Below are positions 10,050 to 19,775 of a stretch of 64,000 nucleotides of DNA, in pieces. The translations under genes were made by a program, and so were the position numbers. How positions within the stretch are numbered: the first letter of the stretch is position 1; every line of letters begins with the position of its first letter. The DNA lies in the IMG/VR virus record IMGVR_UViG_3300024308_000302, positions 62,001-126,000 of that record; one strand, given 5' to 3'. The notes under the pieces are model-generated. The model had not been told where the DNA came from. It saw only the letters and a list, made by a program, of their open reading frames with translations, and ran no database searches.

Positions 10050-10628
10050 TTAACTCGGAAGGAAGCTGAAAAATACAAACAAACTCTGTTTTTGCATGAC
10101 TTCTTTCAATTTTGGTTCAACATTGGCCAATCGAGCCAGCTTCGGATCACTCAACTTTTTGGCAATATCAATAGTGCTGTGAGTGCCTTTAACTGCAAGC
10201 TCTTTTGCAAAAGCAGTTGCCAATGCACTTGTTTTGAAATCTTTAGTAACAGTATTCCAACGTTCATACTTGAACTCTTCATAAGTTACAGTGTATACAG
10301 TTTCCCATTTGCGAACACCTTTAGCAGTATTCTTTTTAACTACCGTACCTGATGGTACTTTTACTTTTGATTTTCGTGCATTTGGAATTTCAAAATAATA
10401 CATTGGGCCATATTTATCACTGTATTGTGGCTTTTGAAGGTATTCATCAGCCAAATCATAAATATTCTTGATTGTAGCTTTAGCTGGAAGTGCCACTTGT
10501 TTAAGTTGCCCTTTTTGGCGTAAATGATTGGGGTGAGTGCCATTGTCAATAGAGTCTTGGCAAACCGAATCATAAACTTCACGAACGTTTACACCATAAC
10601 CAGAAGCTGTAAAATCGTAGGCACCCAT
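10050..10628 (-). CDS. hypothetical phage protein
   Basis: Start MGAYDF after AAAGGAG RBS. Confidence 0.8.
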   Translation of the reverse strand: MGAYDFTASGYGVNVREVYDSVCQDSIDNGTHPNHLRQKGQLKQVALPAKATIKNIYDLADEYLQKPQYSDKYGPMYYFEIPNARKSKVKVPSGTVVKKNTAKGVRKWETVYTVTYEEFKYERWNTVTKDFKTSALATAFAKELAVKGTHSTIDIAKKLSDPKLARLANVEPKLKEVMQKQSLFVFFSFLPS

Positions 10629-10721
10629 ATCAATGTCTCCTTTAAATAAGAGCAATTATAACAGTTTTCTATTGAAGTGTAAAACAAAAAAACCACCAGA
10701 AGGTGGCTTTTTTAATTTGGT

Positions 10722-10877
10722 TTAATTACCGATTTTTTGTGGAACACTTACAGTGGGTCGGTCACCACCCATAGTAAACAGAATGTTCACATTTTCTTTG
10801 TTTTTAATAGCATCAACAATTTCTCGGTTAAGTTCAAGTTGACGACTTTGCAAGAACTCTGCTGGTGTCATTTTCAT
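10722..10877 (-). pseudogene. probable C-terminal remnant of an SPFH/band-7-like protein (51 aa)
   Basis: MKMTPAEFLQSRQLELNREIVDAIKNKENVNILFTMGG...; no RBS; begins right after a terminator. Confidence 0.4.
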
Positions 10878-10918
10878 TTTACTTAGAATGGAAATTATGA
10901 AAAAGGGGCCTAAGCCCC

Positions 10919-11053
10919 TTATTCTGCATCACTGTGACGATTACGGCGTTTATCTCGCCATTTACGGTCATTTTTACGAGCTTTGATTTGCTCAGAATCT
11001 TTCACTTTACGACCGCTGAAACGTTCTACCATATCACCATGAGAGCCTTGCAT
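10919..11053 (-). CDS. 44 aa basic peptide (not in ORF track)
   Basis: MQGSHGDMVERFSGRKVKDSEQIKARKNDRKWRDKRRNRHSDAE; GAGG RBS; stop overlaps terminator. Confidence 0.7.
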   Translation of the reverse strand: MQGSHGDMVERFSGRKVKDSEQIKARKNDRKWRDKRRNRHSDAE

Positions 11054-11127
11054 CTTTACATCCTCGTTTGTTGTTTAATAAAGCAATAATATCAAAAAAA
11101 TGTTTTATTGTAAAGCTTTTTTATTGG

Positions 11128-11385
11128 TCAAAAAAGATTGTTTTGCTCAACTTCATCCAACAGTTCATTGGCCAACATAAGGTCTGCGGCAACGGAAGGA
11201 TTCAGAGTAAGGCCCCGTTCTTTTGCATCAGATTCAACACTTTCGACCACACAGCCAAGAACAGAAACCAGACGTTCATTTTGAGCACGAAGAGCAGCAA
11301 GTGCCTGCAGAAGTTTTGGGTCATCTTGAACAAGGCCAGTTTCATCGGATTGTTCAGCAATGTCAGCTTGAAGGCGAGTATTCAT
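11128..11385 (-). CDS. hypothetical protein
   Basis: 85 aa, GAGG RBS. Confidence 0.75.
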   Translation of the reverse strand: MNTRLQADIAEQSDETGLVQDDPKLLQALAALRAQNERLVSVLGCVVESVESDAKERGLTLNPSVAADLMLANELLDEVEQNNLF

Positions 11386-11439
11386 TTTTTATACCTCATT
11401 GTTTAGATGGTGAAAGTATAACAAAAAAAACAAAAATGA

Positions 11440-11841
11440 TCAAGCATTAAAAGTTAATTCATACTCTCGATATTTTGAATCATCCTCAAAAGACCAAGAT
11501 AAAGCTTTCTTTTGCAAAACGAAGGTCTTACAAAGTCTATCGTATAGCTTAACTCTAGATGGGAGATTCAAGGCAGACGCAAAAGAAAGTTTATTTTTAC
11601 CAGTCGTATGCATAATTTCTTGCAGAATGTAAAAAACAGCAGAGAAAACGGAAAAAGAATTACCCGTAGCATAAATTCCAGTGCCTTTACCAGCCAAAGT
11701 AAAACTAATTCTTAAATAGTCTGAATTTTCTGAATTGATAACATCCATGACATATTTATGGCTATTAATTGAAAACACATAATGTTTGAGATGATCACCA
11801 AAAACTGATTTGACTTCAAAATCCACTTTTGAATCAAACAT
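11440..11841 (-). CDS. hypothetical phage protein
   Basis: TG.(S)F.VF..V...SR.KLY.RL pattern typical of phage hypotheticals. Confidence 0.75.
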   Translation of the reverse strand: MFDSKVDFEVKSVFGDHLKHYVFSINSHKYVMDVINSENSDYLRISFTLAGKGTGIYATGNSFSVFSAVFYILQEIMHTTGKNKLSFASALNLPSRVKLYDRLCKTFVLQKKALSWSFEDDSKYREYELTFNA

Positions 11842-11923
11842 TGATATGACCTCTAATTGAATAGATGGAAAGTATAACAAAAATGAAAAATAAAAACAAG
11901 AAAAAATGGGCCGAAGCCCCTAA

Positions 11924-12652
11924 TCAAAGCAGTACAGCAACAGGTTCTTCAACAATTTCCCCATTTACTGCTCGGAAGATATTTCCTACATAAAATTTGT
12001 TAGTTGACATTTCCCAATAAACTTCATAAGACATATATGAAAGAACACCTGCTTTAACTTTTTCAAGCACATGATTCTTATCATTATGGCGAACAACATG
12101 AAGAAGAGAAAGTTCAGAAAGTTTCTTTGAACTATCAGATTTAACAACATGTTTAGAAAGTTGTTCTTGGTCAATAAAACCATAGGATTTTTGAAGATAT
12201 TTGCCATCAATAACACAAGTATTCAAATCCTCTGAAACTTTAAACTTGAAATAAACAATAGATTCAGGGATTTTACCTTTGGCATTATAGAAGAACTTAG
12301 AAGCAAAGAATCGTCCTTCTGCTGGGTTTTTAAAGGTGTATTCATCAAAAAGTGCCGCCAAGTCAAAAGCATCTTCAGCATAAATACCAGTGTCCCCCAT
12401 AAGTAACTGAGTTTTTTTATCTCGGCCAAATGGAGTTACAAAGTCAAACATAAATACAGAATTAACACTTTGAATATCAATGCCTTTTCGAAGTTGAGAA
12501 TCAGTGCCAAAGAACAAAGCTGCATCGCCATTTTCAAAATGAGCCATGAAAGCTACTGCAATACTGCTGTTAGGTTTTGCAAGAATAGCTGAAAGTTTTT
12601 CAACAAATTCATTTTGGTGTTTTTGGTCATGACAAGGAATAGTAGCAGACAT
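11924..12652 (-). CDS. hypothetical protein
   Basis: 242 aa ORF, GGAG RBS. Confidence 0.8.
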   Translation of the reverse strand: MSATIPCHDQKHQNEFVEKLSAILAKPNSSIAVAFMAHFENGDAALFFGTDSQLRKGIDIQSVNSVFMFDFVTPFGRDKKTQLLMGDTGIYAEDAFDLAALFDEYTFKNPAEGRFFASKFFYNAKGKIPESIVYFKFKVSEDLNTCVIDGKYLQKSYGFIDQEQLSKHVVKSDSSKKLSELSLLHVVRHNDKNHVLEKVKAGVLSYMSYEVYWEMSTNKFYVGNIFRAVNGEIVEEPVAVLL

Positions 12653-12709
12653 TATAAGATCTCCAATATTAAATAGAAAAAGTATATAAAAGGGGCATAA
12701 GACACATTA

Positions 12710-13255
12710 TTACACGGTTACATCACCATTTTTATCTACTGCTCCAATTGCAGTAAGCATGGCAATGATTTCTTCTGCTTTTTGAGCCTCAGCCAACTTG
12801 CGTTCTTCTACAGTCTCTGGCAGTCGATTGATAATGATTTGTACATTATCACTCAAATTTTTCCAAGTGTAAGAATTATGGCGAGAACGGCGTTCTGGGG
12901 CTGTGAAAGTATAACGAATCCTAGAACCAGAAATAATAATTAGCGGGCCAGGATTCTGGTCTTCATCCAAGATATAGCTCAAAACACCATCTTGATGTTC
13001 TACAATAGAATCATCTTGAAATTCAGCCACACCAATGGAACGAAGTGTATCAGCCAGACGGCTTTCTTCGTCATAAATTTCAGATTCATTGAAAATACGA
13101 GTTACACCTTGATTGCCGAGGGTATAACTGATGCTGTAACGTTGAGGTACTTTAACTACATTATCATTGACAATCGCAAGGATATCATTTGCCCGCTGCA
13201 ACAATGCTCGTGCATTGGTTCTTACAACGTTGATTTTTTGTTCATTGGTAGTCAT
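12710..13255 (-). CDS. hypothetical protein
   Basis: Start MTTNEQ; promoter upstream. Confidence 0.8.
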   Translation of the reverse strand: MTTNEQKINVVRTNARALLQRANDILAIVNDNVVKVPQRYSISYTLGNQGVTRIFNESEIYDEESRLADTLRSIGVAEFQDDSIVEHQDGVLSYILDEDQNPGPLIIISGSRIRYTFTAPERRSRHNSYTWKNLSDNVQIIINRLPETVEERKLAEAQKAEEIIAMLTAIGAVDKNGDVTV

Positions 13256-13365
13256 GGATAGCAATCTCTTGATTGATTTGAGAAGTGAAGTATACCAAAA
13301 ATTATTGGTAAAGCCAAGATAAAAAATTAAAAAAGGGCCGAAGCCCTTAAAAAAGTGTTTTTTGG

Positions 13366-13794
13366 TTACGAAGCAATTTTGTGTTTGCTGACTTGTTCCA
13401 AAATCCAAGACTCATATTTTTCAAGTCGTGGAAGACAAGAAGACAACGCTTCACGGTAATCAATATGGTAAAGAACAGAATTAAATTGAATATGAGCTTT
13501 TTGCCCAAGTAGCACAACATCACTTTGATGTTCGTTCAAATCAATAATTTTACCATCATTGACAACAAAAACATGGTTAGCATTGCCAGCCAAACGACCA
13601 CCAAAAAGACTTCTGGCAAGTAATGATGCAAATTTACAGCTACCAGAACGCGAACCATTAGGAACAACATCACGTTGTTTTTGGCGTTCTTCCCATAAAG
13701 CATCCAATGCTTCATTAGCAACCAGAATATTACGTGGAGTGTATGGAATTTTTGCTGGATAAATTGATTTAAGATCTTTCACAGTAAGAATCAT
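13366..13794 (-). CDS. hypothetical protein, possible Cys-His-Asp (papain/transglutaminase-like) fold
   Basis: GSCKFAS...NHVFV...IIDL spacing. Confidence 0.55.
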   Translation of the reverse strand: MILTVKDLKSIYPAKIPYTPRNILVANEALDALWEERQKQRDVVPNGSRSGSCKFASLLARSLFGGRLAGNANHVFVVNDGKIIDLNEHQSDVVLLGQKAHIQFNSVLYHIDYREALSSCLPRLEKYESWILEQVSKHKIAS

Positions 13795-13796
13795 TT

Positions 13797-14099
13797 TTAA
13801 ACACCTTTTAAATTTACATGCTTATTAACTAATTGTTTATAGAGAGAGAAAGCCTCAAAAAAATTAAGTTTTTCATATAGTTTTTTTTCTAAAGTATCTT
13901 CAACTATAAATTCTTTCGAATAAACACGTACAGATACAATAGGGTAATCTAATGCGTCACCAGATAAATCAACAGGTTTATTAAAAATAACCCCTTTAAT
14001 AATCTTGTTTTTATTATTACTTAAAAAAGAAATTTTTGCTGTCATCTTATTAAAGACTGACAACAAGAAAACAAAGATTAATACCTTGTATTTAATCAT
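13797..14099 (-). CDS. hypothetical protein with N-terminal hydrophobic segment
   Basis: MIKYKVLIFVFLLSV. Confidence 0.65.
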   Translation of the reverse strand: MIKYKVLIFVFLLSVFNKMTAKISFLSNNKNKIIKGVIFNKPVDLSGDALDYPIVSVRVYSKEFIVEDTLEKKLYEKLNFFEAFSLYKQLVNKHVNLKGV

Positions 14100-14100
14100 T

Positions 14101-14424
14101 TTATTGCTCTTTATCCAATGAAACACCATGAATAGAAGCAATAACTGAAATATCAGATTTAATATTTTCAATATATTCTTTCAATGTTTCAATTTTATCA
14201 AGATCTTTTTCACGAATACGATGAATCCAAACGTCAAAACTATTCCGATAGCTTTTTTTAAGAGTGGAATAACCACTAATCAGTTCTGCAAGACGATATT
14301 CATCTTTGTAAAGATATAGTCTCCCACTATGCTCATAAGCAATATAACCATCATCATTACGGAATACGATTTCTGCTGATGCTGGCATTGCATATTTATT
14401 TGGTGCGGCAGTGTGATAGCTCAT
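14101..14424 (-). CDS. hypothetical protein
   Basis: 107 aa, GGAG RBS. Confidence 0.75.
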   Translation of the reverse strand: MSYHTAAPNKYAMPASAEIVFRNDDGYIAYEHSGRLYLYKDEYRLAELISGYSTLKKSYRNSFDVWIHRIREKDLDKIETLKEYIENIKSDISVIASIHGVSLDKEQ

Positions 14425-14515
14425 AAATTGATCTCCAAAATATGCCTAATTTTAACATAAATCATTATTTTAGACAATAAAAAAAGGCTACTTAATGTAG
14501 CCTTTTGTCTGCAAG

Positions 14516-14791
14516 TCAGTGCATAATGTGCAGACCTTTAACGTGGCAAGCACAACGGCAGAACTTATACTGTCTCAACGTTGCAATGGGTTCTTTACCT
14601 TCCATGATACGTTCGATATTTTCTTTACATGGCCTACTTTCATCATGTTCTTCTAGAATTTGAAGTTTTAGCCCAGAAGGAGTTTCAATCAACTCAGCCG
14701 TTTGACCATAAACGTCTTTCAAAGCATTCATGTCAACAGAGCGATCTTCATTGATATATTTTTTGTAGCAAGCTCCACAACAAGGAAACAT
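14516..14791 (-). CDS. Cys-rich, probably Zn-binding small protein
   Basis: CCGAC and CRCACH clusters. Confidence 0.7.
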   Translation of the reverse strand: MFPCCGACYKKYINEDRSVDMNALKDVYGQTAELIETPSGLKLQILEEHDESRPCKENIERIMEGKEPIATLRQYKFCRCACHVKGLHIMH

Positions 14792-14800
14792 AATAACTCC

Positions 14801-15124
14801 TTACCATTTATACGTCATTTGCTTACGAAGGTTTTTTTCATAAAGACGTTGATAACCATTGTTCAGACATTTGTTATAACTGGTTTCAATACCAGAAATT
14901 TTTTTGTTAAAAACTTGTTGTGCTTTCAGAGCTTCGGCACGACTGTCAGCAAATCTAACAGTGCTTTCTTTGCGAATATAAGCATTTGTAGCATTTCGGT
15001 TAGCAGTTTGTTTGCATTTCAGTTCAACTTGACGTTGCTGATAACCAGAATTGTAACCACCACCTGCACAACCAGTCATCAATGCCAGAGCTACGGCAAC
15101 AACAGCGATTTTCAGTGCTTTCAT
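14801..15124 (-). CDS. lipoprotein
   Basis: Signal peptide with lipobox LMTG|C. Confidence 0.8.
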   Translation of the reverse strand: MKALKIAVVAVALALMTGCAGGGYNSGYQQRQVELKCKQTANRNATNAYIRKESTVRFADSRAEALKAQQVFNKKISGIETSYNKCLNNGYQRLYEKNLRKQMTYKW

Positions 15125-15238
15125 GGGTTTTCATCCTTTTGAAGTAGGCATTTGCAATGGTAAAGGCTTATTTGTATGCTCGACCATTGCTGCTTTGATG
15201 GGATAAGTATACTAAAAATATGAATTCAAGACAAGCTT

Positions 15239-15655
15239 TTAATCAAGCATTGCACCAAAATTTGTAATTGCAGCCTCTTGCATAATAGGAATATATAGAG
15301 AAAACATTTCTTCATCTGAGATTGGTCCATAAGCCTGTTTTCTCAATTTAACTCTGCGACTAATCTCTTTTAACAAGCCATCTTTATCCTGACTAAGATT
15401 ATACAAACGAATCTTAGGTGCAATATCACAAATTCCATTTTGATTAAATACATAAATGTTAAAAGGATTATCAGAAAAAACAGGTTCGGCAAAACCTGTT
15501 TTACAACGACTTCCAATAATAAAACCTTGAGAGTCTGAGTCTTTTACAATTTTGTGAACTTCACGCATAAAAACCTCTAGCTTATTAGCATAAAGCGTAG
15601 ACCAGTTTTTAACGTTCGTTAAATCCAAAACAAAATCACCAGTATTGTAATTCAT
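15239..15655 (-). CDS. hypothetical protein
   Basis: 138 aa ORF. Confidence 0.75.
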   Translation of the reverse strand: MNYNTGDFVLDLTNVKNWSTLYANKLEVFMREVHKIVKDSDSQGFIIGSRCKTGFAEPVFSDNPFNIYVFNQNGICDIAPKIRLYNLSQDKDGLLKEISRRVKLRKQAYGPISDEEMFSLYIPIMQEAAITNFGAMLD

Positions 15656-15711
15656 ATATCACACCTGAATTTATAAAAGAGATTAGATTATATCAAATTG
15701 AAGAAAAAATG

Positions 15712-16185
15712 TCAAAGAAGGTCACGATAAGTACCAAATGGAGCTAATCGCCCAAAATCTTTGGTATGAAATTTGCCAATAGTAATATGGCCACTATCTC
15801 TTGCACTTAATATGCCATAATGTTTACGCATTTCATCAATAAAGGTGGTATAAGCATTAATCCAGACATGATGTTCATTCCAAAAAATCTCATGCCCATA
15901 ATGAACATCCACAGTTGAGCCATCCATCCAACCCCAAGGAATGGATTTATCAATGTCCTTATAGCCTTTAAGCACAGAAATATGAGATTCCCATGATGGT
16001 TTCAATAAATCAATGCCGAACTTTTTATAAAATTGATAACGATAATAACTGGCTATCTCATCATCAATACGAATGATAGCCCAATGATCAACGTTTTTGG
16101 ACATTTTTTTGCGATCTGGATCATAAATGATGGTGCCCTCTGTACAAAAATGCAGACACCTATGTCTATAATAGAGATTTTCCAT
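15712..16185 (-). CDS. 2H phosphoesterase family protein
   Basis: Paired HxS/T motifs SHISV and GHITI. Confidence 0.75.
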   Translation of the reverse strand: MENLYYRHRCLHFCTEGTIIYDPDRKKMSKNVDHWAIIRIDDEIASYYRYQFYKKFGIDLLKPSWESHISVLKGYKDIDKSIPWGWMDGSTVDVHYGHEIFWNEHHVWINAYTTFIDEMRKHYGILSARDSGHITIGKFHTKDFGRLAPFGTYRDLL

Positions 16186-16187
16186 GA

Positions 16188-16427
16188 TTATAGCTCAGGC
16201 AATTCCAAATCAGCTTTTTTGAACTTACCAGTCCAATTATCTTTTCTGGAAGGATAAAAGAAATTGCCATCCACAACATAAGAAAGGCTTTTTTGAATTT
16301 TATGTACTTTAACAATAGACAAAGTGGCTTTAAAGTTAGGATCATCCTTATTAAAAACACTATCACCATAAAAGTAATAGTCACCCGGCTCAGTGGGGAC
16401 AACATCAGTCCAGTTATTCCAATCCAT
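16188..16427 (-). CDS. small phage protein, DUF551-like start
   Basis: W...VPTEPGDYYFY. Confidence 0.7.
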   Translation of the reverse strand: MDWNNWTDVVPTEPGDYYFYGDSVFNKDDPNFKATLSIVKVHKIQKSLSYVVDGNFFYPSRKDNWTGKFKKADLELPEL

Positions 16428-16484
16428 AAAAAATCTCCAATAAAGGAGATTATTATAACACAAAAACAATAATGAGCACAAGGA

Positions 16485-16979
16485 TTAAAAGTTAACTAAC
16501 TTCAAATAATGTGCATGAATTATTTTAGTATATACTGGAATAATGTATGGTTCTTTGATGTGTCCATTATTTTTGAATACTAATTTAGCATAAGTGTTAA
16601 AACATTTAATAAGAAACTTTTGATCTACTTTTTTTGTTTTTAGAGCAAATCTACTCGCAAACATTTCAGCAGTTAAAACTTTCTCAAAGTCTTTAACTTT
16701 ACCATTAATAGTATTAAGCATCAAAGTGTCAGGTGTTGGCATGAAATAAGTTGAATAATCAACTAATTTATGATGAAATTCATGGCCCAATTCGTGAAAA
16801 AGGAGAGATTTAAAATTTAAGCTAAAAGGATTGATATGGACAGATTTACCCTCTAAAAGACCACCTTTTTCTAGAGCATAAAAAGGATCGAATTTAATGT
16901 TATACCGCTTAGATAAAGCATAACCCATAAACAGGTTCTTGATAACTCTCAATGGATTGATAAAGTGTAAGATCTTCAT
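16485..16979 (-). CDS. HExxH metallopeptidase-like (ImmA/IrrE-like) protein
   Basis: LLFHELGH followed by AEMFASRFAL. Confidence 0.65.
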   Translation of the reverse strand: MKILHFINPLRVIKNLFMGYALSKRYNIKFDPFYALEKGGLLEGKSVHINPFSLNFKSLLFHELGHEFHHKLVDYSTYFMPTPDTLMLNTINGKVKDFEKVLTAEMFASRFALKTKKVDQKFLIKCFNTYAKLVFKNNGHIKEPYIIPVYTKIIHAHYLKLVNF

Positions 16980-17061
16980 ATAGGAGTCTCTGTAATGGAT
17001 AAACAGAGTATAGTAAAAAACAAAATGGTAGGCAAGAAAAAAGGGGCCGAAGCCCCTTAGA

Positions 17062-17571
17062 TTAAACAGCTAATGAAAGGTCAAGAACAAGCCCTTCATC
17101 ACGCGGAACAAGTACGTATTCTTGTTTTTGTGAGAGCAATGCCTGATCCATGCGTTCTTTTTGCTCTTTACCTTCATCTTTAACTTTTGTGATAATTACT
17201 GTCATACCAATGAATCGTTGAGTTTGCATAACAGTAGATTGATTTTCGGGAGACATAAATTCACGAATAAGCATATCATAAACTTCATCATATTCCCGAG
17301 CACGAATTGGGTTTTCAACAATAACAGAAGCCTCAACCAAACGTTCCAAACCATGTTTAAGGTCGATCTCAGGAATCATGAATGCGGTTGATTTGCCATC
17401 CTTCATAACAGTAAACAACAAATTAATCAGATTGCCAGTTTTTGCAACATGCTTGTTAAGCTCAATGGAATGGGATTTCAGAGTGTTCAGATAACCCATA
17501 AAGAGCATTTGAAGTTCATCGATGGTAACTTCTTTGTCTTCGATTACAAGCCGTGCTTTAATATTACGCAT
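17062..17571 (-). CDS. hypothetical protein
   Basis: 169 aa, GGGAG RBS. Confidence 0.8.
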   Translation of the reverse strand: MRNIKARLVIEDKEVTIDELQMLFMGYLNTLKSHSIELNKHVAKTGNLINLLFTVMKDGKSTAFMIPEIDLKHGLERLVEASVIVENPIRAREYDEVYDMLIREFMSPENQSTVMQTQRFIGMTVIITKVKDEGKEQKERMDQALLSQKQEYVLVPRDEGLVLDLSLAV

Positions 17572-17631
17572 TTGTATCTCCCATATTGAATTTGAGTAAT
17601 TATATCAAAAAATTAAAAAAAGAACAAGTGA

Positions 17632-17997
17632 TTAAAAATTAATCACTTCTTCTGCAACAAAACGTTTAATAATAGTAACATTGACAGTTTCATGATAGTC
17701 ATGAACATGAGCCACAATTTCGCTCAAAGAATAAGCCAATGCTACAGCAATATCTTTCTGGCCACCAACCAAAGTGAAAGTAAAATCAGTAGTCAAGCCA
17801 TCAGAAACATAAATGTCCAAATCTTTGAATTCTTTCAAGCGATTTGCCATCACTTCTGGGACATGGCTTTTGAACTTTTGAAAAAGGCTTCCACCGCCAT
17901 AGTTGAATTTTTCAACAGTAAGCAAATTCGAACGAGTAACGCCATCCAGTTTGAATTTGATTTGAAACCCAGTTACTTCAATTTCTTTAATAGCCAT
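17632..17997 (-). CDS. hypothetical protein
   Basis: 121 aa ORF. Confidence 0.8.
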   Translation of the reverse strand: MAIKEIEVTGFQIKFKLDGVTRSNLLTVEKFNYGGGSLFQKFKSHVPEVMANRLKEFKDLDIYVSDGLTTDFTFTLVGGQKDIAVALAYSLSEIVAHVHDYHETVNVTIIKRFVAEEVINF

Positions 17998-18060
17998 GAG
18001 AATATTCTCTTAGTGGGATAATGGGGGTATTATACCAAAACCCCCAAGTCAAAGCAATGA

Positions 18061-18690
18061 TTAAACGTATTGTTTGCTTTTTTCTGCAAAGCTATCAATT
18101 CCATTGATAGAGAATGGGCCTTTTTGCATATAGCCTTTCACATATTTAGCACAAGACCCACTGATTTCAGTCAATTTTCTGACAACATCATCAGCCATGT
18201 AAGGTTGTGCCTCTCTTACATAAATACCTTTTACTTTATTTTCAAGTACAGTAACAGAAATAAAAGGAAGTGCTTTGAAAGCTTGAACAACATCAGAAAC
18301 TTGCTGTTCAGTCAGTTTCGAAAAACTAACAGCCATGTAATAATTGGATTCTCTAAGAACATGATTTTTAGTGTCAACAATAAAAGACTGCTCAAGTTCA
18401 TCAATTTCTTTTTGAACTTCTCGGTTATTGTTATCAACATTATTGTTATGATCTTGAGTAATCATAAGGAGTTGTTCACCAGCCAGCAAAAATGCCTTGA
18501 ATGCTTGCTGAACAGAAATAGGTGTATTGGGATTAAGAGTGGATTTTTCAAGTTCACCCATAAAATCAGAAATACTGATGCTATAGTCTGAAATTTCTTC
18601 TGCCGCTGGAAGGACTAACCGTTCCAGTTTTTTTTGACGAAGTGCAGTCAATTTCGCAATGGCATTATTTACAATATCTTGAGAATTCAT
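18061..18690 (-). CDS. coiled-coil hypothetical protein
   Basis: Start MNSQDI; weak resemblance to 47732..48364. Confidence 0.8.
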   Translation of the reverse strand: MNSQDIVNNAIAKLTALRQKKLERLVLPAAEEISDYSISISDFMGELEKSTLNPNTPISVQQAFKAFLLAGEQLLMITQDHNNNVDNNNREVQKEIDELEQSFIVDTKNHVLRESNYYMAVSFSKLTEQQVSDVVQAFKALPFISVTVLENKVKGIYVREAQPYMADDVVRKLTEISGSCAKYVKGYMQKGPFSINGIDSFAEKSKQYV

Positions 18691-18706
18691 ATCTGATACC
18701 TTTAAG

Positions 18707-19201
18707 TTAGTATTCGTTTCGAACAATATTAAAAATAGTGTCTTTTTCAAAAATCATTTTTTTATCGCCAAATTCAATTTCTACAACTGAATGTGATTTT
18801 TTGAAAGTCAAACGTTCAAACCAGTCTTTAGCGATAGTTTTGTGAGTGACTTTGGTAACATAGCCAAGAGTTACACGGTCTTCTGTAGTGCCTTCATACC
18901 AACGTTCATTGTAGTCTGCATAATATTGACAACCAATAAACAGATAGTTATCTGGTTTGATTTTATGGCTTTCAATATTACGAACAATGCAGGTATCAAT
19001 AAGAAGATTAGTGGCAACATAGTGACGACCAAGAGAGTACGAAGACTTATCAAGAACCAATCCTTGCTGGATCAGCTTATTCAAAGCAATTTCGCAAGGT
19101 GGATATACACGAACTTTAGGAAGGGTATAAAAACGCTTACGGCGAAGAACAGAAAGGATCTCTTTCTGCACTTTTTCGATTTCTTCTTCTGCCCAAGCCA
19201 T
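18707..19201 (-). CDS. hypothetical protein
   Basis: 164 aa ORF. Confidence 0.8.
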   Translation of the reverse strand: MAWAEEEIEKVQKEILSVLRRKRFYTLPKVRVYPPCEIALNKLIQQGLVLDKSSYSLGRHYVATNLLIDTCIVRNIESHKIKPDNYLFIGCQYYADYNERWYEGTTEDRVTLGYVTKVTHKTIAKDWFERLTFKKSHSVVEIEFGDKKMIFEKDTIFNIVRNEY

Positions 19202-19265
19202 AATGGTATCACCCTTAATTGAATGACACCATTATATCATGTAGAAAGACCATAAACAACTATTT

Positions 19266-19757
19266 CTATTGTTTGACTTGCAGAATATCATCAGGAGCAA
19301 ATGTCATGCGTTCAGTCTTCGTCCTTCCATTAATGACTTTTTTGAATACAACATCAATAACACAATTTTCTGGATTGCCATTAATACGCTGCCAGAAGTT
19401 TTTGTAAGTATAACGAGTAGAGAGGGCAGTAACCGCCCCCAGTCGTTTGGCATCAGACACAGAACCTTCGTAGTTATCGCCAAGTGACTTCTCAACAAAA
19501 ACAAACCCGCTGAAAACATCAAGGTTTAATTTGAGTTCTTTGGCCCGAATATCTTTAACAATTGCAGTTCTATTAACTTTAGCAGTAGCACCAAAAAGAC
19601 CACATACTTGTTCAGGCTTCCCCTTGATAAGACCACGCTTAATCAGTTCTTGAGCAAAAGCCATATGAACTGTTGCACCATCAGCAACATAATAAGAGCC
19701 AAAAAGACGAAGGTAAGAAAGAACAGCTTTTTCGTCAATAAAATTAGCAGCAGTCAT
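19266..19757 (-). CDS. hypothetical protein
   Basis: 163 aa, GGAG RBS. Confidence 0.8.
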   Translation of the reverse strand: MTAANFIDEKAVLSYLRLFGSYYVADGATVHMAFAQELIKRGLIKGKPEQVCGLFGATAKVNRTAIVKDIRAKELKLNLDVFSGFVFVEKSLGDNYEGSVSDAKRLGAVTALSTRYTYKNFWQRINGNPENCVIDVVFKKVINGRTKTERMTFAPDDILQVKQ

Positions 19758-19775
19758 TTGATAACTCCAAATTAA

